A program made the translations under genes and the position numbers. From Corallochytrium limacisporum Hawaii (Eukaryota > Protista > Pluriformea), in contig PDIP01000260.1 of assembly GCA_002811645.1 (NCBI GenBank), positions 4,839 through 68,838 on the forward strand: a stretch of 64,000 bases of DNA, read 5' to 3'. Below are positions 54,201 through 64,000 of the stretch, piece after piece. Each line of letters begins with the position of its first letter. The stretch's first letter is position 1. The notes beneath the pieces were generated by a model. The model saw only the letters and a list, made by a program, of their open reading frames with translations. It had not been told where the DNA came from and ran no database searches.

Positions 54201-54615
54201 AACGAAAAGGGGGGAAAAAAGAAAAGAAAAGAAATTATGCACTCCCTGTGGGCAATCAGACTACTCGGCAGCCAGCCAGCCAGCCAGCCAGTCAGGCGGT
54301 GGTGTGCGAACGCCAATCCTTTCCTTCAACTGACCTCGACCTTTTCTTTGACATTGTTGTGCTTTTTTCCCCGGGCACTTTCCTGCAAGCACGCCGCTTT
54401 GCGTTCGGACGGCCCTGTTTTGGACCTGGTGCGTGCGGAACGTTTGGGCACACTTTTCTTGCGGCACAGGCCGAGAAACTTTTGGGCCCACCTTCCGCGC
54501 GCTTTACCCTTTCTCGTCTCTTACTAAATTCATCGCCGGCTATGGTTTTTTTCTTTCCTTCGATGCCCATCCCCAAAACAAAAAGTAAAAAAGGAAAAGG
54601 AAAAGAAAAAAGGCC
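51300..54615. other. 3.3-kb ORF-free low-complexity region (poly-A/T and poly-G tracts; CA, GA and GCCA microsatellites)
   Basis: Only compositionally biased spurious ORFs; far longer than any other intergenic space in the window. Confidence 0.8.
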
Positions 54616-56300
54616 TATAAACCCCTCACACTAACGAGTGAGCCACACTGGCAGTGGAAGCGAGACAGCCCTACTAACCGTGGTAGGTGTTGATGTGTGA
54701 GATTGGAATGCCTGGGGGGCTGTGCGTAAGCCCAGTAAATGCACACCCTTGCAGTCCATCCCAGCGGATCACATCATTATCGCTTCTTTTTAGCTTGAAA
54801 TGAGTCTGGTTCGAACATCATCATCATCATGGTGGCAACGCTACTACGGGGCGCTCAACCTCTTGAATACACGCACTCAGATCGTCAGCTAAAGCTGCCC
54901 GCAAATCGACCGCGCTGGCTGTTGGTTGGTTTGTGCTTCGCTGATAATGACGATGACTCTCCCACCTCGAGATTCAAGCGACCGCGGCAATAGCGGAAGA
55001 GGCCATCATCAAGCCACTCGGGAGTGTTGTGCTATAATGGCCATTTGACGCGATTGACACGTTCGCGACCCCCTAGCTTGCTTCTCTGGATCCCACCACA
55101 TTCCGCAAGCAAGCAAGAAAGCAGTGCAGGAATAGCAAAGAAGTAAAGGGATAGTTGGATGATGATGACCAGGCAAACGATGTCGCATTCCACCATACAT
55201 GTTTAGAAGAAAACAACAACATTAGACGACGGACAGGCAAGGCCCGAACCAATTTGTGGTTTTCATGTGCAGACTCACTGTCCCTGTGGGCCTATCCACT
55301 AAACTCCGCCCGCCCGTGAGAGCTGCATTGTTTTGCTTTTTCATTGATTCCTGGCGTCCTGGCGCACGTGGGTGGCCGGTTGTTTATGTACGGTTTGCGG
55401 TTCTCGTGCGGGAGTCAATTTATCAATAATTTTGACTCCCCGTCCCGTCTCCTTGCTCCGATTGGTTCAAAGAATGTCCGCCGAACCAACCACAGCAACT
55501 TCTCCCAAATCAGCCATGGATTGAGAATGCGGACCAGTTCATACTAGAGTGCGAATGATGCACTAGCGACATCACCATCAATGTCCCTTTGATCGTCATG
55601 TTCAGAGCGAATCTTGATTCTCAGGGACATTGAGTACGATCTGTCCCTGCGACCTTATTTGTAAATCGTGCCGGGATTGATCGCATGACAAGACAGATAC
55701 AAGGTGATTTCCTCACAAGTTGTGGAGCTCCAAACCTGTTCAACTTTTTACATACACATCCTCGTTGCTGATAGCAAACAGTGTCTTCTCTGATCTCGAC
55801 AGAATACTAGATTGCCAGGCAATTAATACCCCTGCCCCCCATTCTTCGGAAGAATCATAAGGCATGTGAGGATGCACCTCATTCTGGCTCAATGTGCAGA
55901 TGTCCTAGGAATAATGGTGTGCACATGATGGTGTGAACATCTTTCCGTTAGCGAAGCAATAGTCAGCACAAACGGCTTGGACTTGGCCGGAGCTGAGTCA
56001 GCCGTGTGTGTTGTTTGTAGACTGTCCCGTGACATGGCCCTTTCTTGTGGTGCTGCAGGTAAAGCTGCTGCAATTATCAATGTCGTGGTGGTTGTTTCCT
56101 TGCATTCTCCTGCATGTGTTCCCATCCTAATCAAACACATGTGTTTGTAAGTGGCGGGACGGAGTTTGGCATGGCATAGGCATGGTGGTTTGTCTGCATA
56201 AAATTGATTGCCGATCCATCGGCAACCGAACTAAATCAATCGACTGGAGGCGTTCATTGGACCTTCACCTAGCCGAGAAGCATGTCAAAGCCATGACGAT
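54616..56300. ncRNA. Candidate long non-coding RNA (orientation uncertain, + strand favoured)
   Basis: Abrupt compositional switch at TATAAA 54616; no credible ORF; several hairpins; TACTAAC..TAG at 54672-54686. Confidence 0.3.
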
Positions 56301-56654
56301 GTCCAAATGGGCACATCCACAGTTTTGATTGAGTGTAATGTGGAAACCTCTGCGACATGCACTTGATGTGCGGCACTTTACGAGGGTGCGATTCACTAGC
56401 ACTACCAAGCTGTACGGTCCGGTGGGACACAGAGAAGTACAGGCGAGCGAAAGGACCAACACTTTCACGAACGGCAGGTATGCGATGTGGTCAGGATGAT
56501 CGTGACGGAAACGGATGCGATGAGACTGCTCTGGGCACGGGACCATGAAAAGGAAAGCCACTGGACCCGTGGGCGAGACCGAGCCGGTGCCCAGCGAGAC
56601 CGCACCGGTTGGGGGTTGGTGGGGTTGGTGGGTGTGGGGAAGGGGGGAGCTTTG

Positions 56655-56663
56655 GGCGCGAAA
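56655..56663. promoter_or_regulatory. E2F-type site GGCGCGAAA upstream of the SIVA-like gene
   Basis: Lies in the G-rich promoter block at 56520-56820. Confidence 0.4.
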
Positions 56664-57104
56664 GATTTGGAGAGGGAATCGCAGCGGTCTGTGGCTCTCC
56701 GGGTTTGCGGAGAGTCCCTCTCCTGTCCTGCGCTCTCCCCCCGATCACCTGCGGGTTGGCCAGAGTCAAACGTACGGGTCCTGAGTCGAGACATTACGCT
56801 CGTCCGCCCGAGCTAGATCCCAAAAGAAGATGGGTATGGTCTAAATATGATCATCTGGCAACACTTCTCATTCTGGAGTCTAGTATTCATTATGCGAGGG
56901 TGTGCTATTAGAGGTTAGCGGCTTTTTCGTAGAGCGCCAGCAGTCTCTATCTTGATCACTGTAAACTGTCAAATCCGCGTAATGACGCTAAGTTGCAGCC
57001 AGATCTTGAACTCGATTATAAAGAATAGTATCATAAAGTAAAAGGACATGTTATCCGTGGTCAATGTCCCACGCAACAACTGCCCACACACACCGTGGCT
57101 GGCC

Positions 57105-57488
57105 ATGAGTGAAAGAGGATCTGCATCTAAAAGTATAGCCAACGCCGAAGGCGTGGGAGGCCGAAAGCGGCCAAGATCTGACTATGACGAAGCGGACAGA
57201 CAGCCACTGCTGCATAGACCAAGGTTGGACCGGGACCAACAGGAAATCGAGCAGCGGACACTGCAGATGCTTCAGAGAGGGGCAATGCGGGAACAGATGG
57301 GCAGTCAGACCCAGAACACCCCACAGGCACGTTGCAGCCACTGCGAAAAGATGACTACGGGCTCACTACTCCCGTGCTACGCCTGCCAGCGATCCTTTTG
57401 TTGTCTATGTTCTGTGACGTCATATTCAAATACTGTGGAGAAATCGTATTGTCTGGACTGCTACCAGGGACATGCACCTCACTTCTAG
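57105..57488 (+). CDS. SIVA1: Siva-like Cys-rich zinc-binding protein
   Basis: QEIEQRTLQMLQRGA resembles SIVA QEVFEKTKRLLFLGA; C..C.RSFC.LC...YS...EKSYCLDC tail. Alternative ATG at 57048. Confidence 0.7.
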   Translation: MSERGSASKSIANAEGVGGRKRPRSDYDEADRQPLLHRPRLDRDQQEIEQRTLQMLQRGAMREQMGSQTQNTPQARCSHCEKMTTGSLLPCYACQRSFCCLCSVTSYSNTVEKSYCLDCYQGHAPHF

Positions 57489-57646
57489 GGATTTACACAA
57501 AACATACATTGGCCAGTGAGCCGAATAGAAATAAATATCCGTTAACATTGTCTATGTCTCTATTGTGATTAAATTCGCACCTTTTCCGGGGAACTGTTAA
57601 GCTAGAACACGGAAGAAAGGATAAATTTAAGGTGCATCCTTGATCG

Positions 57647-59419
57647 TTAGTGGTGGAACAAGCGCAGATTGCTGTGGCACATGACCATGCCCTGCTCATC
57701 ACAGGCAGCCACAACGATGTCGTCCTGCACACTGCCAGCCGGGCTCAGTACGAACTTGACACCACTCTGGGCGGCACGATCAATATTGTCGCGGAAGGGG
57801 AAGAACGCATCGCTGCTCAGGCTCACATTGTTCAGTTTAGCGAGCCACTCTTGCCGCTCCTCCGGTGTCAGGTCCGCGGGAGCCTGTCCCTCCTCAAACA
57901 TGGCATTGAATTGCTCACGGGGGAATTCCGGACCAATTCCACCGCGCACGTAGTTGTCAATGGCATTGCTCTTGTTGGCACGGTTGGTGCCCTTCTTAAA
58001 CTGCATGCCCAGAACCTTGGGGTGGTGGCGCAGCCACCAATTGTCAGCCTTCTCACCGGCCAGACGGGTGCAGTGAATGCGGGACTGCTGTCCGGCACCA
58101 AGACCGATGACCTGGCCATCCTTGGCGTAACAGACGGAGTTTGACTGCGTGTACTTCAGCGCAATCGTAGCGACAATCAGGTCACGCTGCGCATCTTCGG
58201 GCATGGTGGAGCCGGCCTTAGTAGTCACTACCTTACCAAAGAGAGAGCGGTCAATGACGGCATTGTTGGCGGTCTGTTCCATGCGCAGACCGAACAATTC
58301 ACGGGTCTCCTGGGCAGGTGGGGTGTAGTTGGGGTCCATCTGCAGGACGGTGTACTTGCCACCCTTCTTCTTCCGCAAAATTTCGAGCGCAGCATCAGAG
58401 TAGGATGGTGCAATGACACCGTCGGAGACCTCGCGGCCGATGATCTTGGCCGTAATCTCGTCACATTCGTCGGAGAGAGCGATCCAGTCACCGAAGGAGG
58501 ACATGCGGTCGGCGCCCCGGGCGCGTGCGTACGCGGCCGCCAGTGGGGTCATGCGGTCCATGAGGTCGTCCACCATGCAGAGCTTGGCCTCCTCTTCAGT
58601 CAGAGGAACAGCCACAGCGGCACCGGCGGGAGAGACGTGCTTGAATGAGGCAGCTGCGGGGAGACCAAGATTCTGCTTGAGCTCACTGACCAGTTGCCAT
58701 GCGTTCAAAGCATCGCACAGATTGATGAAGCCGGGGGACCCAGCGAGAACCTTGAAGGGCAGGTCACCGTTGGGGTTGTAGACCTGGGCGTCCTTCTGGT
58801 GAGGGTTCATGCCGTAACGGAGGGTGAGCTGACGCTTGCCAGCACCGGTATGGTGCTTGCGGAGGTAATTGGAAATGTGGAAGTCGTAGAGAGCGGTATG
58901 ATCGAAGGCTTTGACAGCGAGCTCGTTACGGAGCTGCTGGCTGATGCCACCACCAGCCAATTCCTCAGCAATGCGATCATAGTCCTTTGGGTCAACCACC
59001 ACAGCCACCCGGTCATGGTTCTTAGCAGCAGCACGCAGAAGTGTAACACCACCAATGTCAATATTCTCCACAGCCTGGGCGAGGGTCACGCCCTCCTTGG
59101 CGACAGTGTTTTCGAAAGGGTACAGGTTGCAAGCCACAATATCAATATAGTCGTATCCGCGGTCCGACATGTCCTTCTGGTCGCGATCGCTCTTGGTAGC
59201 AAGGATACCACCGTGAACAGCCGGGTGCAGAGTCTTCACGCGACCACCCAACATCTCGGGGGCTTTGGTAATGTCTGCTACATCAGCGCACTCGAGCCCG
59301 GCTTCGCGGATGGCTTTGGCAGTGCCACCACTGGCAATCGGACTGACGCCACAGCCGCTCAGCTTCTTGGCAAAGTCGACCAAACCCGTCTTATCCGAAA
59401 CGGACAAGATAGCCTTCAT
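57647..59419 (-). CDS. ATIC: Bifunctional AICAR transformylase / IMP cyclohydrolase
   Basis: [49 protein letters not shown]. Confidence 0.98.
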   Translation of the reverse strand: MKAILSVSDKTGLVDFAKKLSGCGVSPIASGGTAKAIREAGLECADVADITKAPEMLGGRVKTLHPAVHGGILATKSDRDQKDMSDRGYDYIDIVACNLYPFENTVAKEGVTLAQAVENIDIGGVTLLRAAAKNHDRVAVVVDPKDYDRIAEELAGGGISQQLRNELAVKAFDHTALYDFHISNYLRKHHTGAGKRQLTLRYGMNPHQKDAQVYNPNGDLPFKVLAGSPGFINLCDALNAWQLVSELKQNLGLPAAASFKHVSPAGAAVAVPLTEEEAKLCMVDDLMDRMTPLAAAYARARGADRMSSFGDWIALSDECDEITAKIIGREVSDGVIAPSYSDAALEILRKKKGGKYTVLQMDPNYTPPAQETRELFGLRMEQTANNAVIDRSLFGKVVTTKAGSTMPEDAQRDLIVATIALKYTQSNSVCYAKDGQVIGLGAGQQSRIHCTRLAGEKADNWWLRHHPKVLGMQFKKGTNRANKSNAIDNYVRGGIGPEFPREQFNAMFEEGQAPADLTPEERQEWLAKLNNVSLSSDAFFPFRDNIDRAAQSGVKFVLSPAGSVQDDIVVAACDEQGMVMCHSNLRLFHH

Positions 59420-60497
59420 GGTTTACGATTCTTTTCTGCTCTATGACTAGATCCTAAAACTATAGTCAGAGGGAATCACCAAACAACATGGTGGTCGTTG
59501 ATTTCCAGCTTTGACATACCCGCAGTACAATCATCTTTTCTCTTCTCGGTTGTCTCGGACGCTTCGTATGTCTTTGTTGCGTACAGTTCCGTTCACATGT
59601 CACATCTTTACGAATGCGTAGGGGAGACTCAACTTTTTTGCTCTAATCGATCATTGCGATGGCACACACGCGCGACGCGCGGACCCACCCAAATGTGTGT
59701 ACATACACGGACACCCCCCCCCACCGGGATAAGCCCCACTCGGGAATATGACCGGTGTCCCATCAGTACTCAACTTCAAACTTTGTCAACCTTGGAGGCT
59801 GTGTGACTGGCTCTCCTACAGACATAGGCGGCGCATGCATTCCCCTTGGCCCTTAATTTTGTGTTTTGCTCTTTGGTTTCCTCTGCCGAACCCAACCCCG
59901 GGCATCTCTGTTTCAAAACCTGGTGTGAGCCACGTGTAATTGGTCATTTTACAGGAGAGGAGGCGACAATCTCACTGAGTTCGCATACATTCACTACTCA
60001 AGTAGGGTACTCGTGCGGTGTATTTTACCCCTCGGAATCAATGGTAGGCAGTGCAATCGAATCAACCAGGCGACGCTCGATCTGTCCCAGTAATGGGTCC
60101 GGATCCGCTTCTTTCCAATAGTGAAAGTACGGGAAAGAAGCACCGGAGACGCCGCTGGCAGCTCCAGGCTAGCGGCGAGTCTTTCGTTCTCGGACTTTTG
60201 CCCTTTCGGGCGAACGCACCCAGGGCGGTCCCTTTTTTCTATGTGCGGGTCTCAGCCCACGGAGAGTACAACAGGAAAGGGAATAACAACGATAAGAAGG
60301 TACGAGAAATCGGTGGACTTAGTCATACGCCCTCGGCACTCTTACAGTCTCCCTTAACTCCCAGGCGTATCGCTGGAATGGTACATAGTGAATATAACAG
60401 CACGTCGTGAAAGACAGAAGACGATGAGTTTGTGAACAAAGGACCCGGGACAAGAAGTAAACGGACGATAAAGCATCCTTTTTGCAATTATAGAGAC

Positions 60498-62327
60498 ATG
60501 CCCGCACGTATCACCCTGAATGGTCAGAAGTCTGACCCAGAGACCAGTCAGAATTTGCTAGACAATGGGAATCATCCGTATGAAGACACTGCAATCATGG
60601 TGGATGAGGACGACGTTGACAATATTCCGCCGTCCCCGGGGGGTAATGGCTACGCTACTGTAGGTGGCAGTAATATGGCCGGATTCGATGCAATCGAAGA
60701 GAGCTCGGGTACGTTCTATGGACCAGAATATAGTCGTCGGAGAACAAAATTGAAGACCTGTGTCATTGCTACGTGTTTGGGACTAGTGGCCCTCGCGGTG
60801 GGCGTTGCGATTGGCACGTTTCTAACGGGAAGCAGCGAAAACGTGCTGCCACCGGGAGAGGGTGGTTCTGCGGCAGTGAACGGCTCAGCCACTGAAACAA
60901 CAACAACAGTAACCGTAACATACACAGAGACAGAGACGGGTGTCACAACTTCAACAGAGACTGACCTGGAGACAACAACCGTCACGGACACGCCCACCGA
61001 CGTGGAAGGAGGAGAGACCACCATAACCTCAACCATCACAGAGACTGTCACCTCTACTGGTACGGACACATCAGATACACCGGTTCCTGACAAGGGCATG
61101 GTCATTATGTTGGGCCTCGACGGATTTAAGCCCAGCTACGTGGATGAGGAATTGACTCCCAATCTGTACCGTCTCAAAAGCAATGGCATCGCACCCCCAG
61201 ATGGCATGCGCCCATGCTTTCCCAGCAAGACTTTCCCAAACATGTACACACTGGTTACTGGGCTGCTACCAGAGCACCATGGCATCGTCGGCAACGAATT
61301 CTTTGACCCCGTTCTCGGAGAGTTTAGTCTGAAGGAAAACTCAAGGGATGCAATCTGGTTCGGTGGAGAACCACTTTGGGTAACCTGTCAGAAGAACAAC
61401 ATTACTTGCGGTGTCAATGGCTGGGTGGGCATCGGTGCTAACATCAGCGACGTGGTACCTCCATACTATGCTGACTTCAACTTCGAGGAAACGGCGCAGG
61501 AAAGGCTGCAGACGATACTCGATTGGATTGATTCTGATCCACGCCCTGACTTCTTGGCGTCGTACTTCCCAGATGTTGACTCTTACGGTCATAATTTCGG
61601 TGTGGAGCATGACGAGTGGTACAAGCCCACGTATCTGGCTATTCGTACGATTGATGGGATCATCGGACAGCTAATCGCAGCTTTAGAGGAGCGCAATCTT
61701 TTTGACATTAGTCACATAATTGTGGTGAGTGATCACGGTATGACGAACATCGCGGCATACTCAAGCCCGGAGGAGAGCATTATCAGTGTGGAGCAATACG
61801 TGCAGACCGCGAGCAACGTCTTGTACATGGCAGAGGGACCGTACATGGACTTTTGGTTGAGGGATGAGTCGAACATGACCTTGAATGACCTTGAGAGCGA
61901 TCTCAAGCGGTTGGTGAGTGAAAACGAAGGTAAGGTCAAGATGTACAAGGCGGATCGTTTCCTGGACGGGCCTGAGGACCCTTTGAAATTCCCAGAACAT
62001 ATGTACTTTGGTGATAGTGAGCGTATTGCGCCAATTTACCTCGTCGCTGAGCCTCCGAACATGGTTTTGGCCAGTTTTGATCCTCGGATTCAGTTGTACC
62101 TCGGAGACGTTGGTGTCCACGGGTTCGACAATGAGCACCCCGATATGCAGGCGACGTTCATTGGACATGGCCCACGATTTGTGGACAGCATTGACGAACT
62201 GCACAATGTGTCGGTGTATGCTATGGTTTGCGATTTGTTGGGAATTACGCCGGCAGAGAATGATGCCAAAGACGACTTGTCCAAGATTCTGAAGGCAAAA
62301 GAAGGCACGGATGCAGGACGTAAATGA
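60498..62327 (+). CDS. Type II membrane ectonucleotide pyrophosphatase/phosphodiesterase (NPP) with a Thr-rich stalk
   Basis: TM segment; GLDGF, PSKTFPN, HGIVGN, DSYGH, SDHGM, HGFDN; ATG at 60498. Confidence 0.92.
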   Translation: MPARITLNGQKSDPETSQNLLDNGNHPYEDTAIMVDEDDVDNIPPSPGGNGYATVGGSNMAGFDAIEESSGTFYGPEYSRRRTKLKTCVIATCLGLVALAVGVAIGTFLTGSSENVLPPGEGGSAAVNGSATETTTTVTVTYTETETGVTTSTETDLETTTVTDTPTDVEGGETTITSTITETVTSTGTDTSDTPVPDKGMVIMLGLDGFKPSYVDEELTPNLYRLKSNGIAPPDGMRPCFPSKTFPNMYTLVTGLLPEHHGIVGNEFFDPVLGEFSLKENSRDAIWFGGEPLWVTCQKNNITCGVNGWVGIGANISDVVPPYYADFNFEETAQERLQTILDWIDSDPRPDFLASYFPDVDSYGHNFGVEHDEWYKPTYLAIRTIDGIIGQLIAALEERNLFDISHIIVVSDHGMTNIAAYSSPEESIISVEQYVQTASNVLYMAEGPYMDFWLRDESNMTLNDLESDLKRLVSENEGKVKMYKADRFLDGPEDPLKFPEHMYFGDSERIAPIYLVAEPPNMVLASFDPRIQLYLGDVGVHGFDNEHPDMQATFIGHGPRFVDSIDELHNVSVYAMVCDLLGITPAENDAKDDLSKILKAKEGTDAGRK

Positions 62328-62507
62328 GGAATGTACGTTGTACCTTGTCAACTAATCTAGCATATTTTTTTCAACGAAGAAGAGCAAGAGTTTCTTTAAT
62401 TCTTTATAACCATTAATACGAATCCTTAGATTATCAAGTATCCCAACAACGCAGTGTCACTTACATGTGTTGCGTGTGCTCATATAACAGATCTCTACGT
62501 TTCTCAT

Positions 62508-62846
62508 TCAACCGCGATAATTGCAGAAATTGCGATAGCGTCCAGGGTAAAAGGTGGCTTCAGGCGGAGCGTAGGCTGCCATTAGAGGTGCCTGGGAGGA
62601 CACTGTGGGGATCGAAGGCTCCGACCTTGTCACAGGAGTATAGTCTGCTTCACCTACAGCAGCAGCCATGGCATTCCTGCCTTGCTGCCGATCATTGACA
62701 GAGCGCGAGCTTCCAGCCGAGCCCACCGATGTGCTCTCGTAGTTGCCGCTACACCCCCGTTCAATGTTGGAATCCCCGGAATTTGGCCGACGCTTCCTGG
62801 ACAACTCTGTACTAGACGAAGAGTAATTGGCTTCTGTACAGTCCAT
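62508..62846 (-). CDS. Hypothetical 112-aa low-complexity protein
   Basis: ATG-initiated ORF convergent with the NPP gene; no recognisable domain. Confidence 0.3.
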   Translation of the reverse strand: MDCTEANYSSSSTELSRKRRPNSGDSNIERGCSGNYESTSVGSAGSSRSVNDRQQGRNAMAAAVGEADYTPVTRSEPSIPTVSSQAPLMAAYAPPEATFYPGRYRNFCNYRG

Positions 62847-64000
62847 TTTTCACTTTAGGCAATTTCGATTTGAGTTCCGTACCTTTCCATTCTCTCGAAG
62901 GCCCTTGAATATCCTCGCCTCGGAGTATAATGCCGTTAATGCCGTTGCTCAAATTTTAAATATGCTTACATGGATGCATACATAAACATTTGACACATGA
63001 GCCTTCTTGTGTGTCGTGCGTAATAAAATAAAATAATCCAAATTCAGGTAACCACCAACAGCAGACCGCTTTGACGTTGCCAATGGTGGACTTTCCATAG
63101 AGTCCGCCGGCCGCAGGGTTCGCGTTCTGCCTATCTCTCCTAACTCGTCGATACTGAACCTTAGCGGCTCCCCTGCCCCCCCTGGCGTCCGACAGCACTC
63201 TCTTCTCTGCCCCAGCTCCGCCCGTGAAGAGTACTCACCAGCGATCCAATTCCTCGCAATACTAAATATACCGACAAAAACTACGCACTCTTGCAGCGAC
63301 GAAGAAAATTCTGACACGGCGAGGGAAAAGGGAAGCAATCGGAAGGAGGAGGGTCTCTGCCGTCCCGGAAAAGACTCGTACGTAAAACCCGGTACATTAA
63401 GTACTCATATACCCGTGCTCAGAGCTTAGTAGCGGGCCCTTCAGTCCTCCTTGCGCAGATTCAGAAAGGAAATTTCCTGGTATTCGTCAGAAAAATGTAC
63501 CCCCGGGTGCCAAAGCACCGCGCCGGCTAAAAAAGGACTCCCATGTGGTCCGGCACTTTCACTATGATAAACACAACCTTGGCCTCACCAATTGGCGCGG
63601 GGCGAAAGGTGGGGGAGGGATCAGAGGGGAATGGGGTCCTCATTTGTTAGCCCCTCGAGCAGTTTCACAGGGGAGGGGGCCTGTTTCAGACACCCCAATG
63701 GTTTAAAAGGCGAAAGCAGCAGCGCTCGTGATTGAGATCGCGGGATCACTTTGCGGTACATTCACTACGGAGACCCGTCCATCGTCTTCTCCTCGCACGT
63801 TCCCGTCGGACAATCAAATCGACTGTCGTTTTTCACGGACTCAGTAGTAAACATACTGCCAAGGGACCCGTGAAGGGTTATCGAGCTGCTGAATGGCCTG
63901 GCTCAAAACGGAAGGTTCAAACCACGGTTGCTACAGAAATCGCTACCCGGGGTCTGTGGCGATTATCTCTCAAAAGACGAGAGGACCAGTGGGAGGGGGG

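Noticed and set aside
54251-54268. GCAATCAGACTACTC as RNase P RNA conserved region V
   Set aside because: Only a partial match, and no CR-I partner is visible upstream.
51348-54634. Numerous 60-244 aa ORFs in the low-complexity island
   Set aside because: Phe/Leu/Ser- or Lys/Arg-biased translations of homopolymers and microsatellites, mostly non-ATG starts, no domains.
54616-56300. Telomerase RNA, snRNA, SRP RNA or C/D snoRNA identity for the island
   Set aside because: No CTAACCCTAA-type template, snRNA/SRP signature, or well-spaced C/D box pair with a terminal stem was found by eye.
63052-63428. Open + strand frame of ~125 codons and overlapping minus-strand ORFs
   Set aside because: No ATG on the + frame and no recognisable motifs; lies in probable promoter or spacer DNA at the window edge.
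285-63869. GGGACC/GGTCCC as a recurrent promoter motif (e.g. 285, 293, 3521, 3554, 10163, 18267, 21303, 25801, 42915, 51261)
   Set aside because: The rough count is close to what GC-rich spacers would give by chance; needs a genome-wide test.

Overview
Gene-dense, essentially intron-free eukaryotic nuclear DNA containing about 25 single-exon protein genes separated by 0.03-1.3 kb spacers, plus one 49-N assembly gap (18339-18387). Several genes are animal-type: ERK1/2, USP8 with STAM-SH3 ligands, Kaptin, a GKAP/HURP protein, SIVA, NOL11 and Ars2. Others are typical of fungi, plants or bacteria: ATP10, LOG, a DEX1-like protein, a RAY1-like glycosyltransferase, an Acr1-type reductase and a DUF115 transferase. 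This mixture suggests an intron-poor unicellular holozoan such as Corallochytrium (inference). The most notable observations are: (1) an ORF-free 5.7-kb island (51.3-57.0 kb) that looks like a large regulatory block plus a structured ~1.6-kb candidate non-coding RNA; (2) recurrent Cn-Gn palindromes 230-540 bp upstream of start codons; (3) E2F-type and CHR-type elements upstream of the spindle, centrosome and genome-stability genes; (4) a 2xACBP + bacterial-type fatty acyl-CoA reductase fusion; (5) an apparently catalytically dead cystathionine-beta-synthase paralogue; (6) a pair of two-domain glycosyltransferases, one carrying a bacterial Maf/DUF115 domain. All protein identifications come from recalled family motifs, not database searches.
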